Source of the DNA: Planctomycetota bacterium
GTDB taxonomy: Bacteria > Planctomycetota > GCA-002687715 > CAIWVZ01
Reading direction: 5' to 3'
Length of the DNA stretch: 64,000 bases
Assembly (NCBI GenBank): GCA_044222185.1
Contig: JBGANV010000004.1
Coordinates: forward strand, 352,001 to 416,000
Shown here: positions 60,604 to 64,000 of the stretch, in pieces
Position numbering within the stretch: the stretch's first letter is position 1
How the letters are laid out: each line of letters opens with the position of its first letter
Notes under the pieces: generated by a model
Seen by the model: the letters and a program-made list of their open reading frames with translations, nothing else
What the model was told of the DNA's origin: nothing
The model's database searches: none
Position numbers and translations under genes: made by a program

Positions 60604-62084
60604 AGACACTCATCAGCATCACGTGTGTCGTCTGCCTGACGATCACCGGCCACGGCCAGCAGCCGGCCGCGCACGAAACGATTTCACGGCTGTCTCGAAC
60701 GGCGGAATTGGACCTGGCGAAGAGCGTGCAGGAGCTGGGTCGTCTCCGCGAGCAGATCGCGGCGGAGAAGCTGCCGCTCGCTCAGGAGCTCTCGACGCTC
60801 GAGGAGCGCGTCACGGACCTGCGGCGCGAACACGATCGCCTCACGCGATCGGTCGATGCGGGCAACCTGGATCTGCACACGCTCAAGGCTGAATCCAAAG
60901 CGCGACAGGACGAACTGGGCTACGTCGCGAACCTCCTGGATGAGTACGCCCGGACGTTCGAATCGAAGATCAACGTCAGCGAGCTGCAGTACTGCGGCGA
61001 GTCGATGACGGCGGCGAAGCAGGCGGGGGAGAATACGACGCTCGAGTTGCCCGAGAAGTTCGCGCGCCAGTTGGCGTTTGCGGAGGTCTCGTTGAAGCGG
61101 CTTTTCGACGTCGTCGGCGGGATCCGCTTCCCGGGCCGCGCCGTCGACCTCGCGGGAGCGGTCGTCGACGGGCAATTCGCGCTCATCGGGCCGGTCGCGC
61201 TGTTTCGCGCGGCGAGCGGGACGGCGGGGTTGGTCGTGCCGCAGTCAGGGTCGACGAATCCGTTGATCCGCCCCCTCGAAGGCGAGATCCAGGCTTCGAT
61301 CGGCAACCTGGTGCAGACCGGCGAGGGGATCTTTCCGCTCGACCCGTCTCGCGGCGGGGCGTTGAAGGCCCTCGTGCAGAACAAGTTCAGCATCGTGCAC
61401 GTCTTCGAGAAGGGTGGCCCGATCATGTGGCCGCTGCTCGTCGCGTCGATCATCGCGCTCGCGACGGTGCTCGAGCGCCTCTTCTTCCTCATGCGCGAGA
61501 AGACCAAGAGCGATCGGAAGGCCCTGGAGAAGTTCTTCGTGGCCGTCGCGAACGACGACTTCGAGGGTGCCATCCGCATCGGAAAGAGCACGAAATTCTT
61601 CGTCGTGAAGGCGCTCACGAACGCGCTGTCGCACGAAGGGGCGTCGCTGCCGAACGCGCTGATGTACGCGCAGGCGCAGGAACTGAAGCGGTTCCGCCGC
61701 GGCATTCCGGTCCTCGACACGGTGATCACGCTGGCACCGCTGCTCGGGCTTCTGGGCACGGTCACCGGAATGATGGGCTCGTTCTCGCTGATCGGTGGAG
61801 ATCTCGGGGCGCCGGGAGCGATCACGGGAGGTATCGCCGAGGCACTCATCGCGACGGCGTTCGGCCTCGGGATCGCCATCATGTCCGTGCTGCCGTTCAA
61901 CTACCTGAACTCGCGGATGGAGGAGGTGAAGCACGAGCTCGAATCGGCGGCGTCACAGCTCGAGCTCTTGGCTCAACAGCAAGGGCATGGTGTGGGGCAC
62001 CAGGGGCATGTGACGGCGACCAAGGTGCCTACCACGGGCGCGCGTCCCATCGTCCACCTGGCGATGGAAGCCGGGAGGAGCTGA
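60600..62084 (+). CDS. MotA/TolQ/ExbB proton channel with long periplasmic N-terminus (TtpC-like)
   Basis: P.DPS.G, GGPIMWPL, APLLGLLGTVTGM, GIAEALIATAFGL. Confidence 0.9.
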   Translation: MKTLISITCVVCLTITGHGQQPAAHETISRLSRTAELDLAKSVQELGRLREQIAAEKLPLAQELSTLEERVTDLRREHDRLTRSVDAGNLDLHTLKAESKARQDELGYVANLLDEYARTFESKINVSELQYCGESMTAAKQAGENTTLELPEKFARQLAFAEVSLKRLFDVVGGIRFPGRAVDLAGAVVDGQFALIGPVALFRAASGTAGLVVPQSGSTNPLIRPLEGEIQASIGNLVQTGEGIFPLDPSRGGALKALVQNKFSIVHVFEKGGPIMWPLLVASIIALATVLERLFFLMREKTKSDRKALEKFFVAVANDDFEGAIRIGKSTKFFVVKALTNALSHEGASLPNALMYAQAQELKRFRRGIPVLDTVITLAPLLGLLGTVTGMMGSFSLIGGDLGAPGAITGGIAEALIATAFGLGIAIMSVLPFNYLNSRMEEVKHELESAASQLELLAQQQGHGVGHQGHVTATKVPTTGARPIVHLAMEAGRS

Positions 62085-62086
62085 TC

Positions 62087-62506
62087 ATGCACGGTGGATC
62101 CAGTGGCGGCGGAAAGCGGGCACGCATCGAGATCATCCCGCTGATCGACATCATCTTCTTCTTGCTGGCGACCTTCATCATGGTCTCGCTCTCGATGACC
62201 AAGAACCAAGGCGTGCAGGTCGCGCTGCCGACGGCGGCAAGCGCGGCGTCCCTCGGGAGTCACGAGGAGATGGACAAGGCTCTCACGCTCAGCGTGACGG
62301 CGAAGGGCGATGTCTTCTTCAACAAGGAGAAGATCACGCTCGCGCAACTGCCCCTGAAGCTGCAGACGTTCAGGGCCTCGGCGAAGGACCCTCGCGTGAT
62401 CATCAACAGCGATGCAGGGGCCGACTTCAAACACGTCGTCGGCGTCCTCGACGAGGTTCGCAAGTTCGGCATCGTCAAGGTGGGCATCAACACGGACAAG
62501 AAGTAG
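62087..62506 (+). CDS. exbD: Biopolymer transporter ExbD
   Basis: IEIIPLIDIIFFLLATF, V.LP.A, D......V..LD; RBS GGAGGAG. Confidence 0.92.
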   Translation: MHGGSSGGGKRARIEIIPLIDIIFFLLATFIMVSLSMTKNQGVQVALPTAASAASLGSHEEMDKALTLSVTAKGDVFFNKEKITLAQLPLKLQTFRASAKDPRVIINSDAGADFKHVVGVLDEVRKFGIVKVGINTDKK

Positions 62507-62508
62507 CC

Positions 62509-63225
62509 ATGCGCGTCGTCATCGGTGTGATCATCGCGCTCGTCGTCCACGCGGCCGTGCTCTTGTTCGGCGGCGTGATCGTCGACGGCCGCGAAGAGGC
62601 GAAGCCCAAGGTACAGCAGATCGACCTTTTGAGTGAGGACGACGCGGCGAAGGCGAAAGACAAGGAGCCTCCGAAGCCCGAAGAGCGGAAGACCGAGAAG
62701 AACGACGAGGTCGAGGCCGACACGGAGAGGCCGCCGGACGCGGCCGAAATCATCCGCAATCTCGAGGCGCCGGTGAACCCCGCGCCTGCGCTTGACGCCG
62801 CCAGCCTCTCGGCGATCGAGCAGGCCCTCAGTGGCGCGCCGGGTGGCGGCGAGTTCGCGGACTCGTTGTCATTCGCATCGGGCGGTCGGATCGGCGGCGT
62901 GGGCAAGGCGGGTGTGTCGGAGGAGAAACTCGACGGCGCGTTCAGCCTTGCTGAGATCGACCAGAAGCCTCGCGCGGTATTCCAATCGGCGCCTGGCTAC
63001 CCGTCCGAGTTGCGCAGCTCGAAGATCGAGGGAGTCGTCGCAGTGATCTTCATCGTCGATGCGTCGGGTCGCGTGACGAACCCGCGGGTGGAGAAGTCGT
63101 CGCACCCGGCCTTCGAGAGGCCCGCGTTGGATGCCGTCAAGCAGTGGAAGTTCGAACCTGCGATCAAGGGCGGTGAGCGCGTGGGCTGCCGCATGCGTGT
63201 CCCGATCAGATTTCAGCCGAGTTGA
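62509..63225 (+). CDS. tonB: Energy transducer TonB
   Basis: TM helix with ALVVH, charged/Pro linker, P.YP......EG.V...F.VD..G.V, W.F.P. Confidence 0.9.
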   Translation: MRVVIGVIIALVVHAAVLLFGGVIVDGREEAKPKVQQIDLLSEDDAAKAKDKEPPKPEERKTEKNDEVEADTERPPDAAEIIRNLEAPVNPAPALDAASLSAIEQALSGAPGGGEFADSLSFASGGRIGGVGKAGVSEEKLDGAFSLAEIDQKPRAVFQSAPGYPSELRSSKIEGVVAVIFIVDASGRVTNPRVEKSSHPAFERPALDAVKQWKFEPAIKGGERVGCRMRVPIRFQPS

Positions 63226-63228
63226 ACC

Positions 63229-64000
63229 ATGAGTCAGTCATCGTCCGTGGGCGTGCCGGGGTTTCGCGTCGTCGTCTTGACGACGTTTCTCTGCTTCGTC
63301 GGTTTGCTCTCGACGGGTTGCACCTCTGGATCCGGCAAGGTCGACCCGCCACCGGCGCCGAAGGTCGCACGTGCAGAGTCGCAGGCGTCGTCGATGAGCG
63401 GAGCTCGTGGCGCGGCGGCGTCGTCTGGTGCCGGGCGGTCCGATGCCGACATCGACGCGATGTGGGCCGACCCCACGTTCCAGAAGCAGTTCGTAGCCGG
63501 ATACGGCGTCAACTCCGAGATCGAACCGCGCGTGATGGCGGATGAGGTGGCGCTTCTCGAGAAGGTCCGACCGCTCATGGCCGAGAACCTCCCGGCGGCG
63601 GAGGCGATGCTGATCGAGCAGATGAAGCCGAACGCGTCGGCCATGCTGGATTTCACACTCGGTGGAATCCAGTTCCAGCAGAACAAGTTGCCCGAGGCCC
63701 TGGAGAACTACCGGAAGGCCGTGACGAAGTTCCCCGGCTTCCGCCGCGCTTGGCGCAACCTCGGGTTGATTCACGTGCGCATGGCCGCCTACGACGACTC
63801 GATCCAGGCGTTCACGAAGATGATCGAGCTTGGAGGAGGCGATGGTTACGCGTTCGGATTGCTTGGGTTCGCGTATTCCGCGAAAGAGGACTACCAGCCG
63901 GCGGAGGCGGCGTATCGGAGCGCTCTGCTGCTTCAACCTGACAACACGGAATGGCGGCTGGGCCTCACACGTTGCGTCTTCAAGCAGCAGAAGTACGAGG
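63229..64000 (+). CDS. TPR-repeat lipoprotein, truncated by window edge (absent from ORF track)
   Basis: Hand translation: MSQSS...LLSTGC lipobox; W.DPTFQKQF...YG..SEIEP; TPRs (ALENYRKAVTKFPGFRRAWRNLG). Confidence 0.85.
   Translation, partial: MSQSSSVGVPGFRVVVLTTFLCFVGLLSTGCTSGSGKVDPPPAPKVARAESQASSMSGARGAAASSGAGRSDADIDAMWADPTFQKQFVAGYGVNSEIEPRVMADEVALLEKVRPLMAENLPAAEAMLIEQMKPNASAMLDFTLGGIQFQQNKLPEALENYRKAVTKFPGFRRAWRNLGLIHVRMAAYDDSIQAFTKMIELGGGDGYAFGLLGFAYSAKEDYQPAEAAYRSALLLQPDNTEWRLGLTRCVFKQQKYE

Overview
GC-rich bacterial chromosomal DNA, most likely from a Planctomycetota lineage (inferred from an ECF sigma factor fused to a TM helix and beta-sandwich repeats, an RbfA paralogue, and many large exported proteins). 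Left to right: 3' end of a probable GIY-YIG/URI-fold toxin gene; an Ig-repeat secreted protein; a BNR-propeller + MoaD pair; a Crp/Fnr regulator; an ArsR-linked rhodanese/YeeE sulfur operon; an rbfA-like + rtcB operon with a leader uORF; qNor with an FNR-type box; housekeeping genes (orn, pyrK, thiolase, tyrS, hbd, ACAD, meaB, mutase B12 subunit, sdhCAB); a small accessory patch (AAA-DUF4143, TMEM175, RhuM-Fic, tandem repeats); three secreted metallopeptidases; and a beta-helix protein + TonB-receptor + DUF3450/ExbB/ExbD/TonB/TPR locus running off the right edge. No rRNA, tRNA, CRISPR array or transposase was recognised. Best candidates for undescribed biology: (1) the RbfA-paralogue/RtcB operon with a leader-peptide attenuator (putative ribosome-repair module), (2) a shared C-terminal sorting-like domain on unrelated secreted proteins, (3) REP-doublet elements with covarying hairpins, (4) a recurrent x-S/T-x-P motif in exported proteins. 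Family assignments come from motifs recognised by eye; no searches were run.
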